Virus record (IMG/VR): IMGVR_UViG_3300033406_000385
Location: 1-38,398 of that record
Source of the DNA: a virus
Lineage: Duplodnaviria > Caudoviricetes
Length of the DNA: 38,398 bases
Direction: 5' to 3' (one strand)
Below are positions 8,638 through 18,725 of the stretch, one piece after another (positions within the stretch are counted from its first letter, which is position 1; every line of letters starts with the position of its first letter). A program made the position numbers and the translations under genes. The notes under the pieces are model-generated. The model was not told where the DNA came from. It worked only from the letters and a program-made list of their open reading frames with translations, and searched no databases.

Positions 8638-9206
8638 CGCACACTCACCAACTTAAAGCTGTTTAATTTGTACAAATCATACCAAACCATTTCCCAGGTC
8701 ACGGAGTCCGAAAACGCCACTCGCCAGTAATAGACAAAATCAGCGGAAAGTTTCACGCCAGCTGCCGGAGGCGTGGCAAAATACACAATACCATCATCCT
8801 CCAGCGTCACATTCACCCTATTTTCCCCTGCGTAAACAACGAGCGTTCCAGACATGATATCAAGAACAGGCTCGTAAAATGCTCCGTCGCCCCACGTCCT
8901 GAGAAGTTGAAACCGCTGCGTCGTTCCATCACCAACACCAAACAGCGTTCCTGCCTGTTGGTAATCCTCCATGTCAAGCCAAAGGAACGGCGTAAGCTGT
9001 CCATACACTTTACCAAAGAAACCGGCAATCTGATCGACCTGGCGATGATTAAGCGCCGTAAACGAACATTCCAATTCCCACTCCGGATAAGCGTGAGTAA
9101 TCAACGTTTTTCGGCGCTTGCTCCCTGACTTTTGAACAACTACATCAAACGATGGCGTTTTTTTATTGTTCCATTCCATGGATGAGATGCTAGGGAAAAT
9201 ATCCAT
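8634..9206 (-). CDS. DUF2460-family distal tail protein
   Basis: SG...R, FF....G...PF, G.GDG....FQL and F..PPAAG..L.ADF motifs; follows the tape measure gene. Confidence 0.85.
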   Translation of the reverse strand: MDIFPSISSMEWNNKKTPSFDVVVQKSGSKRRKTLITHAYPEWELECSFTALNHRQVDQIAGFFGKVYGQLTPFLWLDMEDYQQAGTLFGVGDGTTQRFQLLRTWGDGAFYEPVLDIMSGTLVVYAGENRVNVTLEDDGIVYFATPPAAGVKLSADFVYYWRVAFSDSVTWEMVWYDLYKLNSFKLVSVR

Positions 9207-9207
9207 A

Positions 9208-12117
9208 TTAAATCGTCACCCCCGCAAACTCACTTGCCTGCCGGCCGAAGTATTTTGATATTTCCCGGCCGCCGGATTTCTTCAGCCATTTTTTAACGGA
9301 ATCGCCATCGATCGCGGAAATATTGAAAGATACTTGATTGACGGATCCACTTTCACCTGAAGTAAGACCAGCCTTTTCAAATGCTTTTTTATTGAGAGGT
9401 AAAACGGCTTCTTGGTAATGCCCCTCGCCGATCTGCGCAATTGTCGGGCCGGTTGTAATTCCGCCAGTAGCCAAACCCGGGATAGACGCCATCGCGTATG
9501 AGGCAAGATTAGCCATTGCCATGCCTTCTATCGCCGGACCAGCATTCGCGCCAAATGTAGCTAACGAAACCATAGCCGCAGCCGGGGCCCAGGCTAACGC
9601 GGTAGCAGTACCTTGCGCCGTAGACTTACCAATCTGCTTTTCACCAGACTGATCGCCGAAAAGAGCCATCATTAATCGACCGGCAATCCAACTAGCAACA
9701 TAATCAGCCACTACTTTTAGCATTGTCTGTCCAAGAGTTTTAAACGCATCGTTAATGCTTGTAGTCCCGCTTAAAATATCAGATAGAGCGGTTTTTAATC
9801 CGCTAAATGCACCGGCATACAAATTGGCAACTAACTGCGCGGTTGTCTGATGTGCTGCTAAAAACGACGCCTGGTATGTATCCATCATGGTTTTTTGCGC
9901 TGAATAATTATTCATACGCTCAGCGTTTTCGGCCGTCAAGGCGGCTTTGAGCTGTGCCATACTGTTGGCAGCGTATGCTGCATCGATATTGGATTGAACG
10001 TCTTTGCAGGTAGCATAATAATTATTTAAGTCAGTCCAAGTCTGCTTTTTATAAGCAGCTATTGCATCATCTGTTGCCTTGCTGAAATTCAACCGGCCGT
10101 CATCGGTTTGCTGATATGCAATACCCAGCGAATTAAGCGTGGTAATAATATTTGATTTTTGCTTATCGTTGGCAACAGCATAGTCATTAGAAATTTTATC
10201 GAAGTAATCCGTAACTTTTTGCGCCTTATCAGCAAGATCGAACAGACTGCTGGCGGTATCTTTTTTGGATCCAGTTAAACTGCCGAGCGTAATTTCTTTC
10301 TGGATTGACATATACCCGTCACGAATAGTTTTAAAAGTATCCAGCGCTTCCTTCGCTTCTTGCTGCAAAATCTTTGTCCGCCTGGCGCTGTATACAGCAT
10401 TAATCCGTTCTTTGTCGCGCTCATAATTCTCATTCGCCGCGGCGGTTTCATCAAGCGCCGTCATCTGCTCTGTTTTCCAAATATCAAGCTGCTCCAACTG
10501 GCTTTTCGTGGTTTGAACCCATTCTTTCTCAATAGAGTCCGAAACTTGCTGAGCTTTTTTCTCTAACTTCTCCCACTCTTTTTCAGCTTCTTTAGCCGCT
10601 TTGCCGGCATCAGGATCCTTGCTGGATGTATTGCTATTAACACCATGCAATCCTGTAAATTTGGTGTTCGGCTTTGTCGTTCCCTGCCCTGTGATGCTGG
10701 AAACATCAATGCCACCAATGTGTAATTTGCTTGTTACTGCAGCCACTTTGCTCATTCCAGCCGCCAAATTGCTGAACAGTGTTTTTACGCCTTCCGGCAT
10801 GGCCTTGCTTATCAAATCAAGTAATGGCTGCATCTTATCGACAATCCACTGAATACCATCTGCAACAGCCTGTTTAATTGATTGCCATGCACTGCTGATA
10901 TATTCCGTTATCCCGGACCACACGCTACTGGTCACATCACTTACGGAATTCCAACCAGATGAAACAAACTCCATCACCGCATCGACACTTGTGCCAGCGG
11001 CCTCGGCAATGACGTTCCAATAATCAGTAAACAACTGTGAAATTGTAGACCATAATGTACTGAATAACTCACAGAGCGGCTCCCAATTGTTCCAGATTTC
11101 ATAAGCCAAAGCGCCAACTGCTGCACCGGCCGCGATGAATGGCAGCAGCGGAGCGATTGCCGCCCAAGTGCTAAGCGCGAACGCATACATGGCCGGTATA
11201 GCCGCCGCCACAATTGCCCCCGAAATAGCAAATACCGCCGCAATTGCTTCTGGCGGTATCAATCCCTGAATCGCTTCTTTTACACCAGCACCTTTGACTA
11301 CAGCGGTAAACTGCGTCAGAAAATCAGCAACGCTTTGCAGTTTTCCTTGCAAATCAAAGGCTGTAGTCAACTGGTCGCCAATGTTCTTCAACAGCATACC
11401 GGCATTATCTTTAATCGTACTTAGCAACCCTGGTACGGTCTTGCTCATTGCATCCATGCCGCCGGCAAAGTTCGTCTGCATCCCTTTCACAACAGCGTTA
11501 ATTGCGGTCGTGCTGTCAATCGCTCCCTGTTGGCATAAGCCCATAACATCAGCAATTGATATACCCATTTCGTCAGCAATGTATTTCCAGCCATTAATGC
11601 CACGTTCAGCCAGTTGGTTCATTTCCTCGGCCGATAATTTTCCTTTTGCCTGGATCTGGCCTAATGCTCTAACAACACCATCAATTGCCTCCTGCCCGCC
11701 GCCGACTAAACTGATTGCATCACCAACAGATGCCATAATAGGAATAATATCTTCAGCAGCGAACTGAAACGCCATCAGTTTTTTCGCTGACTGTATGAGC
11801 CCTGGCAATTCAAACGGCGTGTCAGCTGCGAAGGTTGCTAAATCATTGAGCATTTTTTCAGCTGCATCAGCACTGCCCAGCAACGTTGCAAATGCTGTTT
11901 TGTTCGCGGCAAAATCGCTCGACATTTTAATGGCGGCTGCGCCGGCCAAACCGCAAGCGGCTGCTAATCCAGCCAATAACCCGGCAGCTGCTCCGGACAT
12001 TTCCAGTGCATCACTGCCAAACCCGCGCCGTAATTGCCGCTGGCTGGCTGCTATTTCTCTTCGTAGTCCTGAACTGTCGCCGCCAATACGAACCAATAGT
12101 TCTGCTACTGTTGCCAA
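9208..12117 (-). CDS. Tail tape measure protein
   Basis: 969 aa, FAADTPFEL / LGQI.AKGK...EEMNQL N-terminal motif, Trp-periodic repeats, Ala-rich helices. Confidence 0.95.
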   Translation of the reverse strand: MATVAELLVRIGGDSSGLRREIAASQRQLRRGFGSDALEMSGAAAGLLAGLAAACGLAGAAAIKMSSDFAANKTAFATLLGSADAAEKMLNDLATFAADTPFELPGLIQSAKKLMAFQFAAEDIIPIMASVGDAISLVGGGQEAIDGVVRALGQIQAKGKLSAEEMNQLAERGINGWKYIADEMGISIADVMGLCQQGAIDSTTAINAVVKGMQTNFAGGMDAMSKTVPGLLSTIKDNAGMLLKNIGDQLTTAFDLQGKLQSVADFLTQFTAVVKGAGVKEAIQGLIPPEAIAAVFAISGAIVAAAIPAMYAFALSTWAAIAPLLPFIAAGAAVGALAYEIWNNWEPLCELFSTLWSTISQLFTDYWNVIAEAAGTSVDAVMEFVSSGWNSVSDVTSSVWSGITEYISSAWQSIKQAVADGIQWIVDKMQPLLDLISKAMPEGVKTLFSNLAAGMSKVAAVTSKLHIGGIDVSSITGQGTTKPNTKFTGLHGVNSNTSSKDPDAGKAAKEAEKEWEKLEKKAQQVSDSIEKEWVQTTKSQLEQLDIWKTEQMTALDETAAANENYERDKERINAVYSARRTKILQQEAKEALDTFKTIRDGYMSIQKEITLGSLTGSKKDTASSLFDLADKAQKVTDYFDKISNDYAVANDKQKSNIITTLNSLGIAYQQTDDGRLNFSKATDDAIAAYKKQTWTDLNNYYATCKDVQSNIDAAYAANSMAQLKAALTAENAERMNNYSAQKTMMDTYQASFLAAHQTTAQLVANLYAGAFSGLKTALSDILSGTTSINDAFKTLGQTMLKVVADYVASWIAGRLMMALFGDQSGEKQIGKSTAQGTATALAWAPAAAMVSLATFGANAGPAIEGMAMANLASYAMASIPGLATGGITTGPTIAQIGEGHYQEAVLPLNKKAFEKAGLTSGESGSVNQVSFNISAIDGDSVKKWLKKSGGREISKYFGRQASEFAGVTI

Positions 12118-12450
12118 TTATTTTTCACCTCCAGTCAACCCAAATTTCTCCCGAAGGTATTCTTCATCTGATTTTTTATTGACTGTTTTTATACCCGGTC
12201 TAAGCGGTTTTAACAAATCCATAGGAGTTATATTGTGTTTTAATGATTTACCTTCCAGGTTCATCAACCCGGCCACGAAATAAGCCAAGATGTTTTCTTT
12301 TTGTTCCTGGCGGAATTGATATCCTTCCAGCATACTCAGAAACTCATGCGGCTGCAGCCGCGCAAACTCCCATGGTTTTAAATCTAACGGCCCGTACGCA
12401 ATCGGCTCAGCCCATTCCAGCCAATCACTGAAGGCCGTTACGCGTTTTTT
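12118..12450 (-). CDS. gpT-like tail chaperone extension reached by -1 frameshift
   Basis: The -1 frame after A AAA AAC reads RVTAFSDWLEWAEPIAYGPLDLKPWEFARLQPHEF into ORF 12118..12333. Confidence 0.85.
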   Translation of the reverse strand, partial: KKRVTAFSDWLEWAEPIAYGPLDLKPWEFARLQPHEFLSMLEGYQFRQEQKENILAYFVAGLMNLEGKSLKHNITPMDLLKPLRPGIKTVNKKSDEEYLREKFGLTGGEK

Positions 12451-12794
12451 TCGTCACCAACCAGCGCTTCATCTGTCTGATCAGCAGCCTCTTTGCCGAA
12501 CAATCCACTCGCCACAATAGCGCGAATAATCGGTACCGCAATATCATCAATCGTGCCGCCTTCATCCAAATACTCACTGATTTTATCAGCATAGAACGCA
12601 GGAGTGACACGGCGGTTATGGTGTTTCAATCCTACTTGTAAGCCAGCTAAGCAGAAATTGATCCCAGCATTACCAGATTGGATGATTTGCTGAATAGGAG
12701 CACCCATTGCTTTTTCAAATTCAGCCAGGCGCAAGATATCAAAATAAATTGTCTGCCCTTGTTCAAACAAATCAAACGGAATTGTTTTTTTCAT
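12438..12794 (-). CDS. Tail assembly chaperone gpG
   Basis: ATG at 12794 with SD GGAGGA; lies between major tail and tape measure genes; ends EKNA at a slippery site. Confidence 0.85.
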   Translation of the reverse strand: MKKTIPFDLFEQGQTIYFDILRLAEFEKAMGAPIQQIIQSGNAGINFCLAGLQVGLKHHNRRVTPAFYADKISEYLDEGGTIDDIAVPIIRAIVASGLFGKEAADQTDEALVGDEKNA

Positions 12795-12809
12795 GTTAGT
12801 CCTCCATAT

Positions 12810-12838
12810 AAAAAAATTAGGCGGCAATTACGCCGCCT
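12810..12838 (-). terminator. Terminator/attenuator after the major tail gene
   Basis: AGGCGGC-N6-GCCGCCT stem followed by AATTTTTTT on the minus strand. Confidence 0.65.
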
Positions 12839-12844
12839 TTACTA

Positions 12845-13549
12845 TTATGCTGTCAGATTTACTGTGATGTTCAATACTGCACCGTCTCCCGTGGTGATAG
12901 CGAGGGTTTGTGTGCCAACCGTCAAGCCGCCAAGGTACGTTCCTTTGATAACCAGCGAACCAGTTGAATACGTGTAGTCCGTTGTAATTGTGAGCGCTGC
13001 TGCGCCATTTTTGACGCTGGAAACCGTAGTGGTTGCCGGCAAGATCGCAAACGTTTGATCTGAGGCTGCAGCCTTGCTAACTGTCACATAAAGCGGACTA
13101 ATGGATGGCGTGCGAGTGCTCAGCGCTCCGTTACCGCCGATTGTACCTTTCAATGTAGCTTCTCCGTCATGCGGGGTATCCATAGAAAAATCAGTCAAAC
13201 TGCCCCATCCAATTTGGTAGCTACCATCAGGATACAGCAGACGTACGTTAATTTCTGCGCTGGTCATAAATGCATATTCCAGCGCAGCAAGGCCAGCGTC
13301 TGCCAACAATACAAGGCCATCCAAATCAATGGACCACGATCGCAGACCTGCTTTGACAGACTTCCAACCTCCCGTTGTTTTATGCGATACATCAATTTCA
13401 TCCGCCGAACGGCTGAGAGATGTACCGCGCTGCCCGCCGATCAGCGTCCATACTGGCGTTTCAACTGTACCGGTATTAACCGACAATAAAAAATCTTTAC
13501 CTACTGAAGCACTGGAAACGCTCGGATTAGTTGGTAATGTAATTGCCAT
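12845..13549 (-). CDS. Major tail tube protein (TP901-1 type) with C-terminal Ig-like domain
   Basis: GKDFLL, IGGQRG.SL.RSADEID.SHK, WK....GLRSWSI motifs; beta-rich C-terminal ~85 aa. Confidence 0.9.
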   Translation of the reverse strand: MAITLPTNPSVSSASVGKDFLLSVNTGTVETPVWTLIGGQRGTSLSRSADEIDVSHKTTGGWKSVKAGLRSWSIDLDGLVLLADAGLAALEYAFMTSAEINVRLLYPDGSYQIGWGSLTDFSMDTPHDGEATLKGTIGGNGALSTRTPSISPLYVTVSKAAASDQTFAILPATTTVSSVKNGAAALTITTDYTYSTGSLVIKGTYLGGLTVGTQTLAITTGDGAVLNITVNLTA

Positions 13550-13554
13550 TTATC

Positions 13555-13959
13555 TCACACTCCTGTATTTTGAATTTTTGATACGAATGTTATAACTCCG
13601 TGATACCCTGTCGTTTCTTCCTGAAACGCTTCGAAAAAATCAACATCTTGGCTCATTGCATTAAAGCCATCATCGGATAAATCAAGCGGCCAAGCGGTAA
13701 GAACGGCTGTAATATCATTCGCAATTTCGTTGACTTCTTTTTTACCTTCGTATTCACTCCAAACATGAATCTGTAATGAAATATCCGACATGTCAACCGT
13801 CTTACTTCCCGTCTGTTTGCATGTGAACGCACCAAACGTAATGTACGGAAGTTTTGCGTTGGGTGGAACATCATCATGTACCGGAGTGGTTTGTTTTGTT
13901 GATAAAATACCGAAAACGGCTTTTTGCAAAGCCGCCATCGGTATGCGGCGTATAATCAT
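13555..13959 (-). CDS. Tail terminator (DUF3168-like)
   Basis: LQKAVF, V.D.VP....LPY..FG, QIHVWS.Y.GKKE, HGVI motifs. Confidence 0.85.
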   Translation of the reverse strand: MIIRRIPMAALQKAVFGILSTKQTTPVHDDVPPNAKLPYITFGAFTCKQTGSKTVDMSDISLQIHVWSEYEGKKEVNEIANDITAVLTAWPLDLSDDGFNAMSQDVDFFEAFQEETTGYHGVITFVSKIQNTGV

Positions 13960-14330
13960 CTCGGCCTCACCGCCTCAGCAAGCCCCTGAATTAAATTCGG
14001 TCGCTCATCCTCGAACGCGGGGCGCATTGTCGGATGCTCACGTGCAGAAGCGGGGCCTCCGTGTCCAAACTCAACTAAGTGGGCATGGGGCGCTTTTTCA
14101 CTGATTGTCCCTGTTATTGTTTGTCTGCGAAAACTGCTGACCGTGTGCCTGCGTAAGTAGCCGGTTACATTGTGAATCCGACTTGCCGCGCCTCTTTTGA
14201 TCGCCAACGTTGACTTTCTGACAACCTCTTCAATCCTCGCAGCCGTCCTGGCATCGTATCTGCTAATATTATTAAGCACAGCGTCCAATTCCGGCACGCG
14301 GAAATTAATATAAAATCCTCGGCCTGCCAT
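13956..14330 (-). CDS. HK97 gp10-family tail completion protein
   Basis: TGYLRR, AHLVEFG and P.MRPAF motifs; probable ATG at 14330. Confidence 0.85.
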   Translation of the reverse strand: MAGRGFYINFRVPELDAVLNNISRYDARTAARIEEVVRKSTLAIKRGAASRIHNVTGYLRRHTVSSFRRQTITGTISEKAPHAHLVEFGHGGPASAREHPTMRPAFEDERPNLIQGLAEAVRPR

Positions 14331-14644
14331 TATTTCACCATCTCCCTGCACACCAGGATTGTGGTTGCCCGATCGTAGTCGTATGTGTGATCGATAACGT
14401 ACGTATTGCTGCCGTAAACCGCACGCCAGCCTTTTCGCACATCGGTACGGTACCGGATCCCAATTTCACGGATTAACTCGCTGACAATCGCACCAGTCGC
14501 CTCAGCGGTTTTTAATTCCGTTTTTCGAAATTCGGCCCAAACGGTGGCGCGTGTTGTCCACACCGTAGTCCATCCTCCGGCACCGTCAGCCGTTTTAACC
14601 GGTTCTTTTAATTCAACTCGTTTGTTCATTCTGCCGATGATCAT
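14330..14644 (-). CDS. Head-tail adaptor / head closure protein
   Basis: G.MNKRV.L, DGAGG...W....TVWA and IRYR.D motifs. Confidence 0.85.
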   Translation of the reverse strand: MIIGRMNKRVELKEPVKTADGAGGWTTVWTTRATVWAEFRKTELKTAEATGAIVSELIREIGIRYRTDVRKGWRAVYGSNTYVIDHTYDYDRATTILVCREMVK

Positions 14645-14961
14645 ATGAAATCACCGCAGCAGGCAATGTGCTGCACAATCGCATCCACTGAATGTGTAAT
14701 TCTAGTGAGCGTTCCCGCAATTTCAACGCCCCTGTTTTCATACCAGTGAGCGCAAAGCATTTTAACCGCCTGATTATAAACCTCAGAACTTGTAATTGCT
14801 GAATACACCGGTGCGCCTGCTTCATCAATGCCAGTTTTAACCTGTGTTTTTCCAGTCTGCTCATTAATGTAATTTGTAGCAGCTGTGATCAGCGAAGAAA
14901 GGAAAGTATCTTCATCCGTTCCGTCAACACGCAGATAAAGTTTTAACTCTGCGACAGTCAT
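14641..14961 (-). CDS. Head-tail connector (gp6-like)
   Basis: ELKLYLRVD..DED..L..LI.AA and L.AHWYENR motifs. Confidence 0.9.
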   Translation of the reverse strand: MTVAELKLYLRVDGTDEDTFLSSLITAATNYINEQTGKTQVKTGIDEAGAPVYSAITSSEVYNQAVKMLCAHWYENRGVEIAGTLTRITHSVDAIVQHIACCGDFI

Positions 14962-14965
14962 GATC

Positions 14966-15574
14966 TTACACCATCAAGTAAGCATCAATAACTTTTCCAC
15001 TTAAAGCAGTGTTCAAATCAATTGTATTGCTTTCAAGTGCAGTTGCAGAAACGGTAACGGTTGGCGCTGTACTTTCCTTTACATTATCGGCATAAGCAGC
15101 TAAAACGGTATTGTGCGCCAACTTATACGGAAGCCCTAAAACTTCACTGAAACCAATTGCAGTTGTAGCACCGGTCCCGTCATGAGCAGGAATGGTAATT
15201 TTCGTAACGGTTTTAAATGCTTTTGTACCGGTCACCGTTCCAGGAGTATCTACGGTAAAAGCCGGCAGTGTTTCGGTAATCACTTCATCAGCATAATTCG
15301 TACCTTCAACTACAACTTGAATTGCCTTAATATCAGCGGCCGTCCCACCGGCTGTTACGGTGATTGCACGCGGCACAGCCGGACTGTTAATATTTGTTGT
15401 GATAACTTGCTGAACCCCAGTATCAATAACGGCAGCATGAACACCAGTTGTACTGGCAGCAATGGCATTAGCGGCTGGAACTTGAAAATGCGCCACATAA
15501 GAACGATTAATACGCAAGCCTTTAACATCCGTATTAATCCTGTTAAGCCGCGGATTATTACCCTTTGGAATCAT
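14966..15574 (-). CDS. Thr/Ala/Val-rich virion protein, possibly head decoration
   Basis: 202-aa beta-rich ORF between capsid and connector genes. Confidence 0.6.
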   Translation of the reverse strand: MIPKGNNPRLNRINTDVKGLRINRSYVAHFQVPAANAIAASTTGVHAAVIDTGVQQVITTNINSPAVPRAITVTAGGTAADIKAIQVVVEGTNYADEVITETLPAFTVDTPGTVTGTKAFKTVTKITIPAHDGTGATTAIGFSEVLGLPYKLAHNTVLAAYADNVKESTAPTVTVSATALESNTIDLNTALSGKVIDAYLMV

Positions 15575-15591
15575 CTTTACACCCCTCTTTC

Positions 15592-15618
15592 AAAAGTAAT
15601 GGGCGGATTGCTCCGCCC
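15592..15618 (-). terminator. Hairpin after the capsid gene (weak terminator or mRNA stabiliser)
   Basis: GGGCGGA-N4-TCCGCCC followed by ATTACTTTT on the minus strand. Confidence 0.5.
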
Positions 15619-15624
15619 CAATCA

Positions 15625-16860
15625 TTACGCTGCCGATTTAATCAAAACAAAGGCTTTAGTTGTGATAACATCGCCATCAACAATGGCATAACCCATATAA
15701 TCAGTTTTACGCTGCTTGATATGATCCTCTTGATACATGGTCATATTCTCGTTAACATTCATTGCATACCCTTTCGCAACATTGCCAATCAGAATTTCAC
15801 CGTCAGAAACGCCATCTTCTTCTTTTACCGGCAAACCGAACAGTCGGCCAACCCCACCGCCGGACAAATCAGGAACAAATAACGGACGGCCGATTTCATC
15901 AACAATGTTGGCAAGAACATTCCAAATCATATCATTTTTGGCGTAAATAGCCGAACCATTCAAATAACCAGATTTCATTTTTGCCAAAGCAGACGTTAAC
16001 TTGACATAATCAACATCAGCTGTGGTTGCATATGTAACAATTTGCGAAGTTTGTGCTTCTCCTTCCAATGTAACTGCAATACCTTTCGGCTGGGCCTTAA
16101 ACGTATCACCTTCACCGGGTTTACCCTTACCTTCAACAACAGCTTTAGCAAGCGCATTGCCCATTTTCTCAGCGATTTTGCTAGTAATGTAGGCAAGGAA
16201 AGCATCAATAGACATTTTCTTCAGCTTCCAAGAAACCGTAATATCTTTCGATAATTCACAGCCGGTTAAATTTACATCGTCGAAGGAAACAGTACCTTCT
16301 GCCGTTTCGGTATCTTCGTCATACCATGCGCCATCATCTCCGCCGGACGTTTCGCGGGTAATAGCAAGATCACCTTTAACGAAAGTCATTGCTAAATCTC
16401 CAATGATGGGATGAGCTTCACCGATTTCTTGCCAAATCCCTTGACGCACGGTTTCCGGCACAAGAACGGTATGCGTTGCTGCCGTCTGCGTGGTATTTTG
16501 GAAATCAGAGTTGATCTTGTTGAATACAGCCAATTCATTCGTATCCAACTTCGCACCCATCATGGATTTCGCAAACGCTGTGCGGTAAAGGTCCGTGTCA
16601 TTTTGTGGTTTCATCGGTGCAACCATACCGGACGGTTGCAAGTTATCAGGTTCATTCGTATCGGTAATGTCAGCAACAACAGTTTTACCTTTCATCGCCG
16701 TTAAATTAGCCGCTTCTTTTGCAATTACTTCAAAGTCAGCATCCAACTTTTCAATATCGGCACGAATCGATTTTGCTTCGTCAAGCTTTCCTTCATTCAA
16801 AAAACCTTCCGCTTTCGCAATCAATTGATTCCGTTTTTCAAGATATTGTTTCTTATTCAT
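15625..16860 (-). CDS. Major capsid protein, HK97 family, with N-terminal delta/scaffold coil
   Basis: 411 aa; LVPE, W.DE, G.G...QPKGI, GRPLF, LFGLPV and DG....KAF motifs. Confidence 0.95.
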   Translation of the reverse strand: MNKKQYLEKRNQLIAKAEGFLNEGKLDEAKSIRADIEKLDADFEVIAKEAANLTAMKGKTVVADITDTNEPDNLQPSGMVAPMKPQNDTDLYRTAFAKSMMGAKLDTNELAVFNKINSDFQNTTQTAATHTVLVPETVRQGIWQEIGEAHPIIGDLAMTFVKGDLAITRETSGGDDGAWYDEDTETAEGTVSFDDVNLTGCELSKDITVSWKLKKMSIDAFLAYITSKIAEKMGNALAKAVVEGKGKPGEGDTFKAQPKGIAVTLEGEAQTSQIVTYATTADVDYVKLTSALAKMKSGYLNGSAIYAKNDMIWNVLANIVDEIGRPLFVPDLSGGGVGRLFGLPVKEEDGVSDGEILIGNVAKGYAMNVNENMTMYQEDHIKQRKTDYMGYAIVDGDVITTKAFVLIKSAA

Positions 16861-17540
16861 TCAACTTTCCCCCTTAATTTTAAAAGCGCTAAGCGCTCAT
16901 TTTCGGCCAACACATCATTTTTATTGTTGCTATCACGCAACAAATTTTTAACTTTATTGATCACCGCAGCAGGAAGCATCGTCGCAGGTCCAGCGCTGGC
17001 GATTAATACGTTTTGCTGGTCAAACATGATCTCATCAGCAAACCCCATCTCTTTTGCTTGTTGAGCGTTAAGCCAGGTTTCCCTATCCATCATGTCCAAC
17101 AATTCTGCTTGATCGATGCCAGTTTTAAGCTGATATGCATTAGCCATCGATTTGTTGTAGTTTTCCAGCACAGCCGCTTCTTGCTGTAGATCGCGATAAT
17201 CTCCATAGATGCTACTAGAAACATTGTGGATCATAATTTGCGCTGTCGGAGCAATCATAACCCGGGTCCCCGCCATGGCAATTACGCTGGCAGCACTGGC
17301 AGCAATGCCGAAAATTTTTACGACGACATTTCCTGCATAATCTTTTAGTGCTGAATAAATTTCGGAACCAGCATATACACTTCCGCCGCCGCTGCTGATC
17401 TCAACATCAACTGCTTCGCCACTGAGGCCAGTCAGTACGCTGATAACCTTTTTAGGACTGGTCGCGTCAATACCAAACCAATCATAGACATCTTGCCAGT
17501 CATTTGGAATAATCACGCCGCTAATTTTAATTTTAGGCAC
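16857..17540 (-). CDS. ClpP-type head maturation protease
   Basis: SGGGSV, AASAAS, MIHN, ETWL.A..A...GFAD motifs; GTG at 17540 with SD GGAGGTGG. Confidence 0.92.
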   Translation of the reverse strand: MPKIKISGVIIPNDWQDVYDWFGIDATSPKKVISVLTGLSGEAVDVEISSGGGSVYAGSEIYSALKDYAGNVVVKIFGIAASAASVIAMAGTRVMIAPTAQIMIHNVSSSIYGDYRDLQQEAAVLENYNKSMANAYQLKTGIDQAELLDMMDRETWLNAQQAKEMGFADEIMFDQQNVLIASAGPATMLPAAVINKVKNLLRDSNNKNDVLAENERLALLKLRGKVE

Positions 17541-18714
17541 TCGTTCCACCTCCTTCCACAACCGCAGTATCTAAGCGGCGAATCGGCTCATCACCGCCAG
17601 CAAGCGGCCCCATGTTCAGCACCTGGCGCCATTCATTCGGCGTCAGCGCTCCGCGATCAACCATTTGCAGCAAGTTAACTTTTGTTGCCATGCTTGCATA
17701 CTGCAGATTATTAGCCGCAAACACAATGCGATTACCAAAGCCGCGTTCACGAAGGGAAAAAATCTTCCGTGTAAACTCATTTGATAATTGTATTGCAACC
17801 GGCTCAATGACCGATTCATAATAGGCATTCCAATCATCCTCAGTGAATTTCGACTGAATGATTTTTTCATTCGTACCAAAGAAGTTATAAATGCGCTGAA
17901 TTGTTTTGTCCATTTGTCCAGCGTTCGGAATATAATCTGTCGGTTTAACCTGCTCAACATCCGCCTTTGTATCCGTACCGGCCGCACCAGCAAACGAATT
18001 TTCATCAGTATCATCAATCTTCATGAAGTTCTCAACAAATTTTTGCGTTTGCTCTTTTATATCTTCCGGCCGCAACGTTTGCTTAAACTTCAGCAGCCAT
18101 TTGATAACGGAACTATTTTTTATTGCTTTTACAATGCCCTGGTCAGTAGTCACTACAATTTCCATGAGCGGAAGCAAAACGTCAATGTTACTTTCGCCAA
18201 AAATATCATTATTGCAAAAATCCTGTCGAATATGAATTACATCCGAGTAAGAATATGTAGCGGTTTTACCGTTAAGCATTGTAAAGCGTAAAAACAATTG
18301 ACGTTGTTCATCATAAAGCGCTTCAACTGAAACGGCAGGTATTGGATAAATTTCCATTGCATAACCATTATTATCCCGGTTAATGTAAGCAAATGAATTG
18401 TTGTTCATTGCCAACACTGCAACCATTTTTTCAAGCAGCATTTGACCGGTCATGTATGGATTAGGTTCTTCCAGCAATACTTTTACGTAACGGTCAGGAT
18501 TAATCTTAACTCCATCCTGCCCTTGTCTTACTTGCTGCGCTATTAGCTTGCCAACCGCCCTTGCAAACGGTCGAATGCAACTGCGCACAATGTCAGATTT
18601 ATAAACCTCGCCGTTCCAAGCATAAAACCCATTCCCGCGCTCAACAATCAATTCCGTTCTAACAACAGTAGGACTTCTGTTAAAAAATGACGCTAGCCGT
18701 TTAAATACTTTCAA
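17533..18714 (-). CDS. Portal protein (HK97 family)
   Basis: LL.EPN.YMT, VIHIR and G.LTPNEWR..LN..P..GGD motifs. Confidence 0.95.
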   Translation of the reverse strand: MKVFKRLASFFNRSPTVVRTELIVERGNGFYAWNGEVYKSDIVRSCIRPFARAVGKLIAQQVRQGQDGVKINPDRYVKVLLEEPNPYMTGQMLLEKMVAVLAMNNNSFAYINRDNNGYAMEIYPIPAVSVEALYDEQRQLFLRFTMLNGKTATYSYSDVIHIRQDFCNNDIFGESNIDVLLPLMEIVVTTDQGIVKAIKNSSVIKWLLKFKQTLRPEDIKEQTQKFVENFMKIDDTDENSFAGAAGTDTKADVEQVKPTDYIPNAGQMDKTIQRIYNFFGTNEKIIQSKFTEDDWNAYYESVIEPVAIQLSNEFTRKIFSLRERGFGNRIVFAANNLQYASMATKVNLLQMVDRGALTPNEWRQVLNMGPLAGGDEPIRRLDTAVVEGGGTSA

Positions 18715-18725
18715 TTCGTCGCCCC

